A DNA stretch of 32,000 nt from Raphidiopsis brookii D9 (GTDB lineage Bacteria; Cyanobacteriota; Cyanobacteriia; Cyanobacteriales; Nostocaceae). Made by a program: the position numbers and the translations under genes. Of this stretch, positions 6,052 through 16,044 are shown piece by piece. The notes under the pieces were generated by a model. It was not told the origin of the DNA, ran no database searches, and worked only from the letters and a program-made list of their open reading frames with translations. The stretch's first letter is position 1. Every line of letters begins with the position of its first letter. The stretch spans positions 1 to 32,000 of the forward strand of contig ACYB01000029.1 in assembly GCA_000175855.1 (NCBI GenBank), given 5' to 3'.

Positions 6052-6837
6052 ATGTTAGACCAAATATCACAGTACCTACAGTTTAATCTTAGTATAGAAG
6101 CACCCATAGTGCTAACCGTTCTGGTTTTCCTAGAAGCAGTGTTGTCTGCGGACAATGCTATTGCTTTAGCTGTAATTGCCCAGGGACTAGAAGATAAAAA
6201 ACTAGAACGTCGGGCTCTCAATGTGGGCTTGATTATAGCTTATATCCTAAGAATTAGTCTACTACTGACAGCTACCTGGGTACAACAATTCTGGCAATTT
6301 GAATTATTGGGTGCTCTCTACCTGTTATGGTTGGTATTCCAACATTTTACATCTGAGGAAAGAGCAGATCATCACCACCATGGGCCAAGATTTAAATCTT
6401 TGTGGCAAGCTATACCTGTAATCGCTTTTACTGATCTGGCTTTTTCTTTAGATAGTGTAACCACAGCTATAGCGGTTTCCCAAGAAACATGGTTAGTTTT
6501 AACAGGTACAACTATTGGGGTAGTTACGCTAAGATTTATGGCAGAGCTATTTATTCGCTGGTTAGATGAATATGAAAACTTAGGAGATGCAGGTTATATC
6601 ACTGTAGCACTAGTAGGTCTACGTCTATTATTAAAGGTGCTAAACGAAGCCTTTGTTCCTCCTCAATGGTTAATGGTAGGTGCGATCGCCATCATTTTGG
6701 TTTGGGGTTTTTCTAAGCGCAATATTGTTGATCAAGTTGAAATAGAACAAACAGAGGAAATAGAGGAAACGGAAAAACCCAGGTTTAATGGAACGGGAGA
6801 AATAGGAAATCTATTTATCTATTTTCCCCACTCCTAA
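6052..6837 (+). CDS. TerC family integral membrane protein
   Basis: FLEAVLSADNAIALAVIA and AFTDLAFSLDSVTTAIAVS are the duplicated TerC signature helices. There are multiple hydrophobic segments and an acidic C-terminal tail. Confidence 0.85.
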   Translation: MLDQISQYLQFNLSIEAPIVLTVLVFLEAVLSADNAIALAVIAQGLEDKKLERRALNVGLIIAYILRISLLLTATWVQQFWQFELLGALYLLWLVFQHFTSEERADHHHHGPRFKSLWQAIPVIAFTDLAFSLDSVTTAIAVSQETWLVLTGTTIGVVTLRFMAELFIRWLDEYENLGDAGYITVALVGLRLLLKVLNEAFVPPQWLMVGAIAIILVWGFSKRNIVDQVEIEQTEEIEETEKPRFNGTGEIGNLFIYFPHS

Positions 6838-6846
6838 TTCTCTAAT

Positions 6847-7338
6847 CTATTCTTCTGCTAACCAAGGAGCTATATGAGGTGTCCAGTTGACCAACTCCTC
6901 TTCCTTAAACCATAGTGAAATTTCTCGTTGTGCAGTTTCAGGCGCATCAGATCCGTGGATCAGGTTGCGACCAATGTTAATCCCAAAATCACCGCGAATT
7001 GTTCCTGGTTCTGAGGTTAAGGGGTTAGTAGCACCGATAATTTTTCTAGCAGATGGGACTACACCTTCACCTTGCCAAACCATAGCTACCACCGGACCAG
7101 AAGTGATAAACTCAACCAAGCTGGCAAAAAAAGGTCTTTCCTTATGAACATCATAATGCTGTTCAGCCAGTTCCTTACTGACCTTCATAAACTTTAAACC
7201 CACTAGGGTAAAACCCTTGGTTTCAAAGCGACGGATAATTTCTCCCGCAAGTCCCCGTTGGACTCCATCAGGCTTAATGGCAATAAAAGTGCGTTCCAAA
7301 GCTGTCTCCAAAGGCATAAAAAAGTCATCTTTGATCAT
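6847..7338 (-). CDS. ndk: Nucleoside diphosphate kinase
   Basis: [16 protein letters not shown]...[10 protein letters not shown]...RGDFG...RNLIHGSDA, with the active-site His in NLIHGSD. The true start is probably downstream of 7338 (ATG at 7317 or TTG at 7299, giving M-ERTF...). Confidence 0.95.
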   Translation of the reverse strand: MIKDDFFMPLETALERTFIAIKPDGVQRGLAGEIIRRFETKGFTLVGLKFMKVSKELAEQHYDVHKERPFFASLVEFITSGPVVAMVWQGEGVVPSARKIIGATNPLTSEPGTIRGDFGINIGRNLIHGSDAPETAQREISLWFKEEELVNWTPHIAPWLAEE

Positions 7339-7384
7339 TGTTAACGGTATGTACCACTTTTGTCTAGTAGTTCCAGGAAGAAAT

Positions 7385-7834
7385 ATGAACCAAGATTTAA
7401 CACAAAAATGGTTATCAGAAATTCAAAACCTTCAACAACAAATGTTGCAACTCCAAAAAGAACATGATCAAGCGTGGGAAACTTGTGAAAAATGGCGACA
7501 GCTCTATAATACTGAGTCCGAACAACGCCGCGCTGATGCAAATATATACCAACAACAAATCATTGCTTTAAAAGCTGAATTTGAACTGCTTGAACATGTA
7601 ACCAGTCACTTCCAGGAAGGGGAAACTACCCAAAGAGATCTGGGAATTTATGCACTTATGTCCATGGAGGAGTTAAAAAATCAACTCCTGAACATTACAC
7701 AAGAACGCGATCGCCTGGTGCGAGCATTAAAGTTAGAACAAGAGAACCATCAAAAAACCAGAATTAATCTAACTACAGCACTAGGGGATGCCATTGATAG
7801 TCTAACCGAGTGGAAAGCCAAGGTCACCAGTTAG
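7385..7834 (+). CDS. Coiled-coil hypothetical protein
   Basis: The 7217 ORF overlaps ndk on the opposite strand. The ATG at 7385 ([19 protein letters not shown]...) follows the ndk divergent spacer. The sequence is heptad-like and Q/E/L-rich. Confidence 0.6.
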   Translation: MNQDLTQKWLSEIQNLQQQMLQLQKEHDQAWETCEKWRQLYNTESEQRRADANIYQQQIIALKAEFELLEHVTSHFQEGETTQRDLGIYALMSMEELKNQLLNITQERDRLVRALKLEQENHQKTRINLTTALGDAIDSLTEWKAKVTS

Positions 7835-7835
7835 A

Positions 7836-8927
7836 TTAAAAACCCATAGCTTGGGCCACAGCATTTAAATTAGCTGGTATACCTTGTTTAAACTGAGCAT
7901 GACTATGTTTAATAGCTGTATCTGGGTCTTTCAGACCATTCCCCGTGAGGACACAAACCACTGTCGCACCGTTAGGCACTTGATCCTTGACTTTGAGTAA
8001 ACCAGCTACAGAAGCTGCACTAGCAGGTTCACAGAAAATCCCCTCCGATGAAGCCAACAAACGATAAGCATCCAAAATTTCCTCATCTGTGACAGCATTA
8101 AAACTACCCTGACTAGCAGTTTGAGCTACCACCGCTTTTTCCCAACTCGCTGGATTGCCAATCCTAATCGCCGTCGCTATGGTATCGGGATTTGCCACCG
8201 GATGACCCTGAACCAAAGGTGCTGCTCCCGCTGCTTGAAAACCCATCATTTGTGGGAGGCGATCGCATTTTCCTGCTTGGTGATATTGACAAAAACCCAT
8301 CCAATATGCTGTGATGTTGCCAGCATTTCCTACAGGAATACATAGCCAATCAGGAGCATTACCCAAAGCATCAACTACCTCAAAAGCTCCCGTTTTCTGA
8401 CCTTCCAAGCGGTAGGGATTAACGGAATTTACCAGGGTAATGGGGTAATGGTCTGCCATTTCCCTTACGATTTCCAGAGCTCTATCAAAATTGCCCTGAA
8501 TAGCTAACACCTGGGCACCATACAGTAAGGCTTGTGCTAACTTGCCCAAAGCCACATAACCATCGGGAATCAGTACAAAGGGACGCATTCCCCCCCTTTG
8601 GGCATAGGCAGCCGCAGCAGCAGAGGTATTACCTGTACTAGCACAAATTACTGCCTTAGCACCTGCTTCCTTGGCTTTAGTAATAGCCATAGTCATTCCC
8701 CGATCTTTAAAACTACCAGTGGGGTTGAGACCATCATATTTAACAAATACCTTAACCTGCTTACCAATGCGCTGTGCAATCGCTGGTGTAGGGATTAAGG
8801 GTGTATTACCCTCCAGCAGAGTTACCACTGGAGTGTTTGCACTTACAGGTAAGTAGTCGCGGTAGGCTTCTATTAGACCTGGCCAGGGTTGGCGATGAGA
8901 TTTAGCAACAGACAAGCTCAAAGTCAC
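7836..8927 (-). CDS. thrC: Threonine synthase
   Basis: LLEGNTPLI, the PLP-lysine motif [24 protein letters not shown] and a C-terminal [10 protein letters not shown]. Confidence 0.95.
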   Translation of the reverse strand: MTLSLSVAKSHRQPWPGLIEAYRDYLPVSANTPVVTLLEGNTPLIPTPAIAQRIGKQVKVFVKYDGLNPTGSFKDRGMTMAITKAKEAGAKAVICASTGNTSAAAAAYAQRGGMRPFVLIPDGYVALGKLAQALLYGAQVLAIQGNFDRALEIVREMADHYPITLVNSVNPYRLEGQKTGAFEVVDALGNAPDWLCIPVGNAGNITAYWMGFCQYHQAGKCDRLPQMMGFQAAGAAPLVQGHPVANPDTIATAIRIGNPASWEKAVVAQTASQGSFNAVTDEEILDAYRLLASSEGIFCEPASAASVAGLLKVKDQVPNGATVVCVLTGNGLKDPDTAIKHSHAQFKQGIPANLNAVAQAMGF

Positions 8928-9148
8928 AGTATTCTAAACTTCTTAACTAGAAATTGGGAATGGAAAGATTGGGATTTGATTAATTAATAGTCTCAATCAC
9001 TTTACCATGTCAGGGACTACTAACCCCAGGAACACAGTACGATCACAGTCGTCGATTACAAAAGACCTAACTGATGAGAATATCTAATGGGAAGTATACA
9101 ATATTTTAATAAAGATTAAGATTAATTTATTATAATATCTCTAGTGGT

Positions 9149-9370
9149 GTGAGTTTAGTTCAGAAAATAAAGATAACAACTATGTCAATGTCAACCTTAT
9201 CTTCCAGCGTTGCGACCTGCGAGTCTCACGGTGAGCTAGTAAAAAAGCTAACTAAGGCCTACTACCAGGACGAACAGCAAGAAAAATTTATTGGTCTACA
9301 GACGGAAATTGACTCTCTGCTGCAACACTTACAAAACCTTAAGACACAAAACCTCAAGACTGACCATTAG
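9149..9370 (+). CDS. Small hypothetical protein (weak call)
   Basis: 73-aa ORF with a GTG start (ATG at 9182). Helical, Q/L-rich C-terminus with a duplicated QNLKT. No family recognised. Confidence 0.35.
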   Translation: MSLVQKIKITTMSMSTLSSSVATCESHGELVKKLTKAYYQDEQQEKFIGLQTEIDSLLQHLQNLKTQNLKTDH

Positions 9371-9504
9371 AAAGGTGGGCCAGAACGTGTACCCATACTA
9401 ACCTGATTAATAATTTATTAAGCGTTCTGGCTAACTATATTGCCAAAGAGAGTTTGGTTTAAAGGAGATATGTAAAACAGTACGATTATACTCATACTGA
9501 AATG

Positions 9505-9541
9505 CTATAAAATAGAAAGGGTTTGGCCGTTAACCAAACCC
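9505..9541 (-). terminator. Rho-independent terminator downstream of the ABC-F gene
   Basis: Stem GGGTTTGG (9519-9526) pairs with CCAAACCC (9534-9541) around a 7-nt loop. On the minus strand it is followed by TTTCTATTTTAT. Confidence 0.6.
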
Positions 9542-9675
9542 AGATATAAATCCAGTGCATAACAACATCCCAAATCAATTTAACCTACTTGGTTTTTAGT
9601 TACATCCTCCCCAAGAATGTTTACAAATCCCAAAATAGCTGATATTAACCTAACGCGGAGTACAAATGGATGTTG

Positions 9676-11610
9676 CTAATACGAATCAGCTTCAGCTAAT
9701 TCTAGCCAGCGCTCAGTTGCAAAATCTATAGCTTTTTTAAGCGATTCTATTTGTTCATAGAGGTTTTGTACTTGGGTATAATTTCCTGGTGCAACAGTGA
9801 GTAATGATGTTTCCACTAGATCTCTTTGTGCTTCCAAATCGGCAATTTTAGCTTCCAATTGCTCAAATTCCCGTTTTTCCCAGTTAGATAATCGTCGACG
9901 TTTTTTATTCTGTACTTCTTGCTCACCAGTTTTTAGTTGAGTGAGGTTTTTGGATTTGCTATTATCTTTACCATTAATTGTTTCTTGTTGGGCTAACTCC
10001 TCAGATTTTTTGTAATCTAAATAGACCGAATAATTGCCTGGGTATTGGCGTAAGTTACCACCCTCTTCTAGAGCAAAGATAGTATCTACTGTTCGATCTA
10101 AAAAATATCGATCATGGGAAACTACTATGACAGATCCCACAAAGTCTTCGAGATATTCTTCTAAAACCGATAAGGTTTGCACATCTAAATCATTAGTTGG
10201 CTCATCTAAAATTAGCACATTGGGCGCACCAATTAATAATCTTAATAAAAATAAACGCCGTTTTTCTCCTCCAGAAAGTTTATGAATAGGTGCATATTGT
10301 TGGCTCCCGGGAAATAAAAATCTCTCTAACATCTGAGAAGCTGTGATTTTTGTCCCATCAGCAATCTTGATAAATTCTCCCTCCTCTTTGATATAATCAA
10401 TTACCCGCTGATTATCATTAACTGCTGATATTAACTCTTCTGAATGTTGGTCAAAGTAAGCAATATGAATGGTACTTCCAATTTCCACTGTGCCAGCATC
10501 CGGTGAAGTCCTTCCAGTTATCATGTTCATCAAGGTAGATTTACCAGTACCATTACCACCAATAATGCCAATTCTATCTTCAGGACTAAATTCATAACTA
10601 AAGTTACTAATGAGGGTTTTCCCGTTATATGATTTGCAAATACCACTCAATTCAATCACTTTTTTGCCAATGCGCCGACCAATGGTAGAAATGTCAACTT
10701 TACCTTGAGCTTGTTTGAATTGAGTTTCTCTCATAGACTCAACCCGTTGAATTCGGGCTTTTTGCTTAGTACTTCTAGCTTTAGGTCCCCTTTTTAACCA
10801 TTCCAGTTCTCTTCGTAATATGCCTTGATGTTTACGTTGACTGCTTACAGCAGATTCTTCTGCTAATGCTTTCTTCTCTAAATAATAGGAATAATTACCG
10901 GAGTATGTATAAATATCACCCCTATCAATTTCTATAATTCTATTAGTTACTTTATCCAAAAAATACCGATCATGAGTGATCAGCAGCAAAGCTCCTCGAA
11001 ACCGATTTAAGTAACTTTGTAGCCATTCTACACACAAAGCATCCAGATGGTTTGTCGGTTCATCCATGAGTAAAACATCTGGTTGAGCTAATAGTGCTGT
11101 AGCTAAAGCTATACGTTTTCTATAACCCCCTGATAAGGTCCCAACTTTCACCTCAAAGTCGCCAATTCCCAATTTGGTGAGAATAATTTTAGCATTGGTT
11201 TCTAATTCCCAGGCCCCAGTAGCATCCATGCGCTGCATCACTTCTGACAACCTGGCAATTAATAATGTGTCCTCAGCATAATGGGCTAATTTATCTGAAA
11301 GTTCTTCATACTCCTTTACTAATTTCGTATGTTCACCACTATCCATAAATATCTGTTCTAAAACTGTCAGGTTTTCATCCATATCTGGCTGTTGTGGTAA
11401 ATAGATAATTTTTGCACCAGAGTTAGTCAGAATTTGTCCACTATCTATCGGCTCTATTCCCGCTATCATCTTTAATAATGTGGATTTACCAGAACCATTA
11501 GTACCAATCAGACCTACTTTGTCAGTCCCATCTATACTAAAAGTTGCTTCTTTTAAGATCTCTTTAATACCAAAGTCTTTTTTAACTGATTGTAGTGTAA
11601 TTAAGCTCAT
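9676..11610 (-). CDS. ABC-F family ATPase (two ABC domains, no membrane domain)
   Basis: Walker A GTNGSGKST and GGNGTGKST. Signatures LSGGYRKR and LSGGEKRR. Walker B LLLMDEPTNHLD and VLILDEPTNDLD. Charged C-terminal coiled coil. ATG at 11610 is preferred over the TTG at 11622. Confidence 0.9.
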   Translation of the reverse strand: MSLITLQSVKKDFGIKEILKEATFSIDGTDKVGLIGTNGSGKSTLLKMIAGIEPIDSGQILTNSGAKIIYLPQQPDMDENLTVLEQIFMDSGEHTKLVKEYEELSDKLAHYAEDTLLIARLSEVMQRMDATGAWELETNAKIILTKLGIGDFEVKVGTLSGGYRKRIALATALLAQPDVLLMDEPTNHLDALCVEWLQSYLNRFRGALLLITHDRYFLDKVTNRIIEIDRGDIYTYSGNYSYYLEKKALAEESAVSSQRKHQGILRRELEWLKRGPKARSTKQKARIQRVESMRETQFKQAQGKVDISTIGRRIGKKVIELSGICKSYNGKTLISNFSYEFSPEDRIGIIGGNGTGKSTLMNMITGRTSPDAGTVEIGSTIHIAYFDQHSEELISAVNDNQRVIDYIKEEGEFIKIADGTKITASQMLERFLFPGSQQYAPIHKLSGGEKRRLFLLRLLIGAPNVLILDEPTNDLDVQTLSVLEEYLEDFVGSVIVVSHDRYFLDRTVDTIFALEEGGNLRQYPGNYSVYLDYKKSEELAQQETINGKDNSKSKNLTQLKTGEQEVQNKKRRRLSNWEKREFEQLEAKIADLEAQRDLVETSLLTVAPGNYTQVQNLYEQIESLKKAIDFATERWLELAEADSY

Positions 11611-11675
11611 ATAGTTTGGCAACTTGTAATTCGATTAAGCATAAGTATTTAAGCTGTTCCCATTTCCCATTCCTC

Positions 11676-12095
11676 CTAACCCACAAACAAATCAAGGGGT
11701 AAATGTCCATACATTTCATTCACACCACCAGGATAGTTGGATTGACAGGAAACTAAGACTCCACGATGATGTCCCACATAACTATCTAAGTAACATAGTC
11801 CATTTTTACCGTTTAATTTGATATACACTGGTCCTTCTGGATGAGGTAAATCATCCGGTGCTTGATAACCAAAAGCATGAGAATAGGTTTTCATAGCTAA
11901 TATTCCCTGTTCCACATTATCAGCACAAATGCCTAAAATTTGATAGTCAGACTGTTTTGTCATCAGAATGATTGCTTCCCGAGTTAGGTCTTTCTCCAGG
12001 GGTTTGAGAACCGGTGCTATATCTAAACAGTTAAATTTGTTGAGGATCTTCTTCGCTTCTGCTACGGTCAGGTTTGTAGGATTAGATATTGACAT
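11676..12095 (-). CDS. Conserved cyanobacterial hypothetical protein (possibly DUF1824)
   Basis: 139-aa ORF 54 nt downstream of the ABC-F gene on the same strand. The family name is from memory only and is uncertain. Confidence 0.55.
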   Translation of the reverse strand: MSISNPTNLTVAEAKKILNKFNCLDIAPVLKPLEKDLTREAIILMTKQSDYQILGICADNVEQGILAMKTYSHAFGYQAPDDLPHPEGPVYIKLNGKNGLCYLDSYVGHHRGVLVSCQSNYPGGVNEMYGHLPLDLFVG

Positions 12096-12294
12096 ACGGC
12101 AATCTGGTTGTAAGTTGACTGATTAAATTCAAAGGGTGAACAGGGGGTTCCAAAAGGTGGTATGGTCTTAATATATTCTACAAATTATCCTATCCTTAGG
12201 CGATCGCTTGATGCTGTGTAATTGTTAGTTAGTTATCAGTTAGTTGGGGGCACCGTTCATGTTAGGATAATTGACACCTAATTTTCTCCCGATT

Positions 12295-12719
12295 ATGTTT
12301 AACAATCCAAACCTGCAAACAAGTAATAGCAAATGGCATAAGCAGCTAGATAAGTTCGTCAAAGAAAATCAGCAGGAGTTAGCGGCCTTATTTTGGGGTT
12401 GTGGTTAGAAAATGGCAATAGTCAGGGGACTATTGGTATTGATTTACAACCTCAGCCTCATTTTGTCTATTGTCCTCAAGAAGCAGTAGAAAAATTAAAT
12501 GAGCGGGTGGAAAAACGACTCCAAGAACTTTTGGGAATCATAGATAATAATAACCCAGAAACGGAGGTTTTAATGATTGGGATTGGCCAAGGAGAAATTA
12601 AGTTGATTCAGTTCGCTCCTGAATTGTCACCCCGCACATGCTTTGAACGAGTGAACCAAGATGTGGATACCCTATTAGAGTTGTTGGAGCAGAAAATGAT
12701 TGAGCAAATAGCGGTTTAG
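12295..12719 (+). CDS. Hypothetical protein, apparently frameshifted in a T4G4 tract
   Basis: The ATG ORF at 12295-12408 (MFNNPNLQTSNSKWHKQLDKFVKENQQELAALFWGCG*) overlaps the 12393-12719 ORF, which has no ATG near its 5' end. One extra G in ttttgggg (12390-12397) would give ...ELAALFWGLWLENGNSQG... Confidence 0.5.
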
Positions 12720-12798
12720 CGGTTTAATTACCTAACTTTCCTGCTCGTCAAAACATTTACGTATAACACAATATAATATATTTAACACGGAGAATATA

Positions 12799-13362
12799 AT
12801 GCCCAGAAAACGTCTCACTGATCTACTGCAAGAGGAAGTTCAAAAGTTCACTCCCCCCTCGGATGAATCTGTGGTTGAAACCACGGCAAAAAAGGTTCCA
12901 GATCTGGAACTCGCAAGTAATTCCACCAGTGATAATTCTAACGGTCTGCACGGGGGAGTTACGGTACAAGAACTTCAGGAATCCCTGAACAGATACCATG
13001 TTCGAGAAACTGCTATGCAGCAGGAAATCGGTGAGTTGAAGAATGCCTTATCAGAACAAAGATATCTCTCGGAGAAATTAGGTAAGGAACTCTACGAGAC
13101 GAAAAAAACCGCCCTAAAATTGGCTGAGTCCAATTCTACTCTAATAGAGGAAAACAATCAACTCAAACAGCAAGCAGCTCAACAAGTCATACCCAATTCT
13201 ACAGGGGAATCTGTCCAATCCACACAACCAACAAAAGATGTTGCCAAGTCCTTAATTATCAATCCCAGAAAATCTTACAGTCCTCCGGAAATATTTATAG
13301 ACAGGTCTAAAGTAGATACAAAAAAGGACGACTTTTCTAATAACACTTGGTTGTATGATTAG
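12799..13362 (+). CDS. Hypothetical protein with a central coiled coil
   Basis: 187-aa ORF with an ATG start and an AT-rich upstream region. The central segment is Q/E/L/K-rich. No family recognised. Confidence 0.55.
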   Translation: MPRKRLTDLLQEEVQKFTPPSDESVVETTAKKVPDLELASNSTSDNSNGLHGGVTVQELQESLNRYHVRETAMQQEIGELKNALSEQRYLSEKLGKELYETKKTALKLAESNSTLIEENNQLKQQAAQQVIPNSTGESVQSTQPTKDVAKSLIINPRKSYSPPEIFIDRSKVDTKKDDFSNNTWLYD

Positions 13363-13425
13363 AATTTAAGACAAGTCCATTCTGGAATAAATCATTTTTC
13401 GTCTTGACAAAGTGGCATAGTAATA

Positions 13426-13665
13426 CTAGGTCTTGCCTTTTCGCTCCCATTTCCATAAAAAGGCCATTATAGCAACAATTCCTACTTGCAGGGCAAAATT
13501 AGGTAGAGCTTGATCAATGTCCCTACCGGCCAATATTTGAAAGAAGAACACGAAGGCACCTATAAGCCCAGAAGCCCCCATACCAATATAAACAAATTGT
13601 CTTAGTCCTTTATAGGGCGAAGCTATTTCAGCTTTTAAGCGATTTTTAATATTTGGATCTAGCAT
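13426..13665 (-). CDS. Small two-helix membrane protein (possibly DUF3493-like)
   Basis: 79 aa. An amphipathic N-terminus (RLKAEIASPYKGLRQF) is followed by two hydrophobic helices. The family name is from memory and is uncertain. Confidence 0.6.
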   Translation of the reverse strand: MLDPNIKNRLKAEIASPYKGLRQFVYIGMGASGLIGAFVFFFQILAGRDIDQALPNFALQVGIVAIMAFLWKWERKGKT

Positions 13666-13702
13666 TTTTTCCGAGATTGTGTTATGGTTACATATTGTTT
13701 GC

Positions 13703-13774
13703 GCCGATGTAGCACAGTGGTAGTGCAGCTGATTCGTAATCAGCAGGTCGTGGGTTCAAATCCCATCATCGGCT
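13703..13774 (+). tRNA. tRNA-Thr (anticodon CGU)
   Basis: Cloverleaf read by eye. Acceptor GCCGATG/CATCGGC, D arm AGCA-CAGTGGTA-GTGC, anticodon stem GCTGA/TCAGC with loop TTCGTAA (CGT at 13735-13737), T arm GTGGG-TTCAAAT-CCCAT, discriminator T. No CCA is encoded. Confidence 0.9.
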
Positions 13775-14563
13775 TTAATTTCCATCCAATTCCACACTGA
13801 CAATTCCCGACCACTGAACTTTTTTCTCCCTTTGTCTTCGGTAAGAAAAAAAGTGATCAGGGCATTGATACGTGCAATAAGGAGCAATGGCAATCTGGGT
13901 TGAATTAATTCCTAACTCTTCCAATTGTAAAACATTAATCCGACGGACATCCAAACGAATCTTGCCTGGTTCTGCATCGGGTAAAAAGGGAGAATCTGAT
14001 AAACCCTGTAAGGTAGGAACTATTTCCTCAGGTTCATGGTCGGGTAAAATAGAACTTCCGATTTCAATTGCCACTTCCACAGAAACCTGGTAAACCTCTC
14101 CAGCAATCGCAGGACCCATAGCAATGCGTAAATCCTCCAATCTACTCCCATGAGATAGCATTTTTTCAATTGCTTGAGGAACAATTCTAGCTGCTGTACC
14201 TCGCCAACCCGCATGCAAGGCTGCCACTTTTCCTGTTTTTGCATCAGCGATTAAAACGGGCGTGCAGTCAGCAGAAGCGACCCAAACAGCTTGTTGCGCT
14301 TCCTGGGTAACTAAACCATCTGCTAAAGCCAGTTCATCACCAAAGTCAGTTAAATACTGATTTACCTCCTGGGGTGTTAATACCACATTACCATGAACTT
14401 GTTTTAAACGATAAGTGCTGGCCTGCGGTTGTAATACCCTGGTCAATTCATGAGGTGGGAGAGGCCAAAACTGCTGGGTAAAAAACCCATGGGGCCAGGG
14501 TGTCAAAATACTACAAGTAAGATATGGTAGACCTTGCCATTCTCGCCATTGCCAAGTGTGCAT
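13775..14563 (-). CDS. pgeF: Peptidoglycan editing factor PgeF (YfiH/DUF152 family)
   Basis: LKQVHGN, ADGLVT, VASADCTPVLI, AALHAGWRGTA and a C-terminal CT....FFSYRR. ATG at 14563 (MHTWQW...) is preferred to the ORF-track start at 14590. Confidence 0.85.
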   Translation of the reverse strand: MHTWQWREWQGLPYLTCSILTPWPHGFFTQQFWPLPPHELTRVLQPQASTYRLKQVHGNVVLTPQEVNQYLTDFGDELALADGLVTQEAQQAVWVASADCTPVLIADAKTGKVAALHAGWRGTAARIVPQAIEKMLSHGSRLEDLRIAMGPAIAGEVYQVSVEVAIEIGSSILPDHEPEEIVPTLQGLSDSPFLPDAEPGKIRLDVRRINVLQLEELGINSTQIAIAPYCTYQCPDHFFSYRRQREKKVQWSGIVSVELDGN

Positions 14564-14751
14564 CTGCAAAATAAAAAATAAATTAATCAAAAAATAAACA
14601 AAACTGACAATTTAATTAACTCAGACAAAGCTACTATACTATCAATACTGCTCCAAAATTCTGAAACCTTGTTCCCATACTCCCAAAATTGAAGATTGTT
14701 CTTTCGACTCGTTATAATCATATTAATATCTTCTGGCTCACTTTTAAGACT

Positions 14752-15966
14752 ATGAATCAAATACCTACACAATTACATATACAAACACCTAAAACAATCT
14801 GCATCCTGGGTGGGGGTTTTGGGGGACTTTACACAGCTTTACGTTTAAGCCAGCTAGATTGGGGAAATACGGAGAAGCCAGAAATCGTTTTAGTAGATCA
14901 AGGCGATCGCTTTATTTTTTCACCCCTATTGTATGAATTAATGACCAATGAACTGCAAACCTGGGAGATAGCACCTTTATATCAGGAGATATTAGAAAAT
15001 ACCGGGGTACATTTCCATCAAGCCAAGGTTAGTGAAATTGACACGGATAATCAACAGGTGAAATTATGTGATGGAAAAATATTCCCATACCACAGATTAG
15101 TTTTGGCGTTGGGGAGTGAAACCAATTTGGATCTGGTTCCTGGTGCTGTTAAGCATGCCTACCCATTTCGTAGCATTTGTGATGTGCAGCAGTTGGAAGA
15201 AAGACTGAGAATTTTGACAGCTAGGGACCTGGAAAAGATTCGTGTAGCCATAGTGGGTGCAGGTTATAGCGGAGTAGAATTGGCTTGTAAACTAGCAGAT
15301 AGACTGGGAGAAAAAGGTAGATTGCGGTTGATAGAAATTGGAGATCAAATTCTGCGCACTTCTTCAGATTTTAATCGCCAACAGGCTAAAAAAGCATTAG
15401 AACAGAAAGGTGTGTTTATAGACTTAGAAACTAAAGTAGCATCTATAGGGGAAAATACAATATCCTTAGAGTATAAAAATCAAATAGATGAAATTCCTGT
15501 AGATTTAGTCATTTGGACCATAGGAACAAGAATTTCGTCTTTGGTGCAAAATCTTACCCTAGCACATAACCAAAGGGGACAAATAACCTGTACTCCTACC
15601 CTACAAGTTGTGGAGCATCCAGAAATTTTCGCCCTGGGAGACCTAGCAGATTGCAAAGACATAGAGGAAAAACAATTACCTGGTACTGCTCAGGTAGCTT
15701 TTCAGCAAGCAGATTATGCAGCATGGAATATTTGGGCATCTCTAACCGATCGTCCCCTACTTCCTTTCCGCTATCAACCACTAGGGGAAGTTATGGCTTT
15801 GGGGGTAGACAATGCTACCCTTACAGCTTTAGGGATTACATTAGATGGTTATTTAGGTTATCTTGTGCGGCGCTTGGTCTACTTATATAGATTACCTACT
15901 TTAGAACATCAGTTAAAAGTGGGTTTTAGTTGGTTACTGACTCCAATTATTAAAACACTTTCTTAA
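14752..15966 (+). CDS. Type II NADH dehydrogenase-like FAD/NAD(P) oxidoreductase (NdbB/NDC1-like)
   Basis: ICILGGGFGGLYTAL and VAIVGAGYSGVELA dinucleotide folds, plus FALGDLA. ATG at 14752 (MNQIPT...) is preferred to 14689. Confidence 0.85.
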   Translation: MNQIPTQLHIQTPKTICILGGGFGGLYTALRLSQLDWGNTEKPEIVLVDQGDRFIFSPLLYELMTNELQTWEIAPLYQEILENTGVHFHQAKVSEIDTDNQQVKLCDGKIFPYHRLVLALGSETNLDLVPGAVKHAYPFRSICDVQQLEERLRILTARDLEKIRVAIVGAGYSGVELACKLADRLGEKGRLRLIEIGDQILRTSSDFNRQQAKKALEQKGVFIDLETKVASIGENTISLEYKNQIDEIPVDLVIWTIGTRISSLVQNLTLAHNQRGQITCTPTLQVVEHPEIFALGDLADCKDIEEKQLPGTAQVAFQQADYAAWNIWASLTDRPLLPFRYQPLGEVMALGVDNATLTALGITLDGYLGYLVRRLVYLYRLPTLEHQLKVGFSWLLTPIIKTLS

Positions 15967-16044
15967 GGAGGGTTTCGTTCCCAACCTACTGTGCATGATG
16001 ATTATAATTATGGGAATTGACTTAATTAAGTCCAGTTTCAACCC

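Noticed and set aside
7217-7384. N-terminal extension of the coiled-coil ORF, with similar extensions at 14689-14751, 14564-14590, 30856-30903, 21905-21925 and 11611-11622
   Set aside because: The extensions overlap the neighbouring divergent gene or use TTG/GTG codons upstream of a well-placed ATG that matches the conserved N-terminus. The shorter starts are preferred.
8121-8856. Four 61-74-aa ORFs on both strands inside thrC (8121-8345, 8164-8349, 8598-8798, 8671-8856)
   Set aside because: They lie entirely within a well-supported threonine synthase gene and have low-complexity, Cys/Ser/Arg-rich translations typical of off-frame shadows. The same reasoning applies to ORFs inside valS (27875-28144, 28682-28900, 29236-29436, 29930-30235, 30682-30882), ndk (6887-7147), the Uma2 gene (144-452), IS630 (3548-3775), pgeF, cofH and the NDH-2 gene.
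9331-9360. 15-bp tandem duplication (caaaaccttaagaca / caaaacctcaagact) giving QNLKTQNLKT
   Set aside because: There are only two copies, inside a weakly supported small ORF. It is too small to interpret and is recorded only for completeness.
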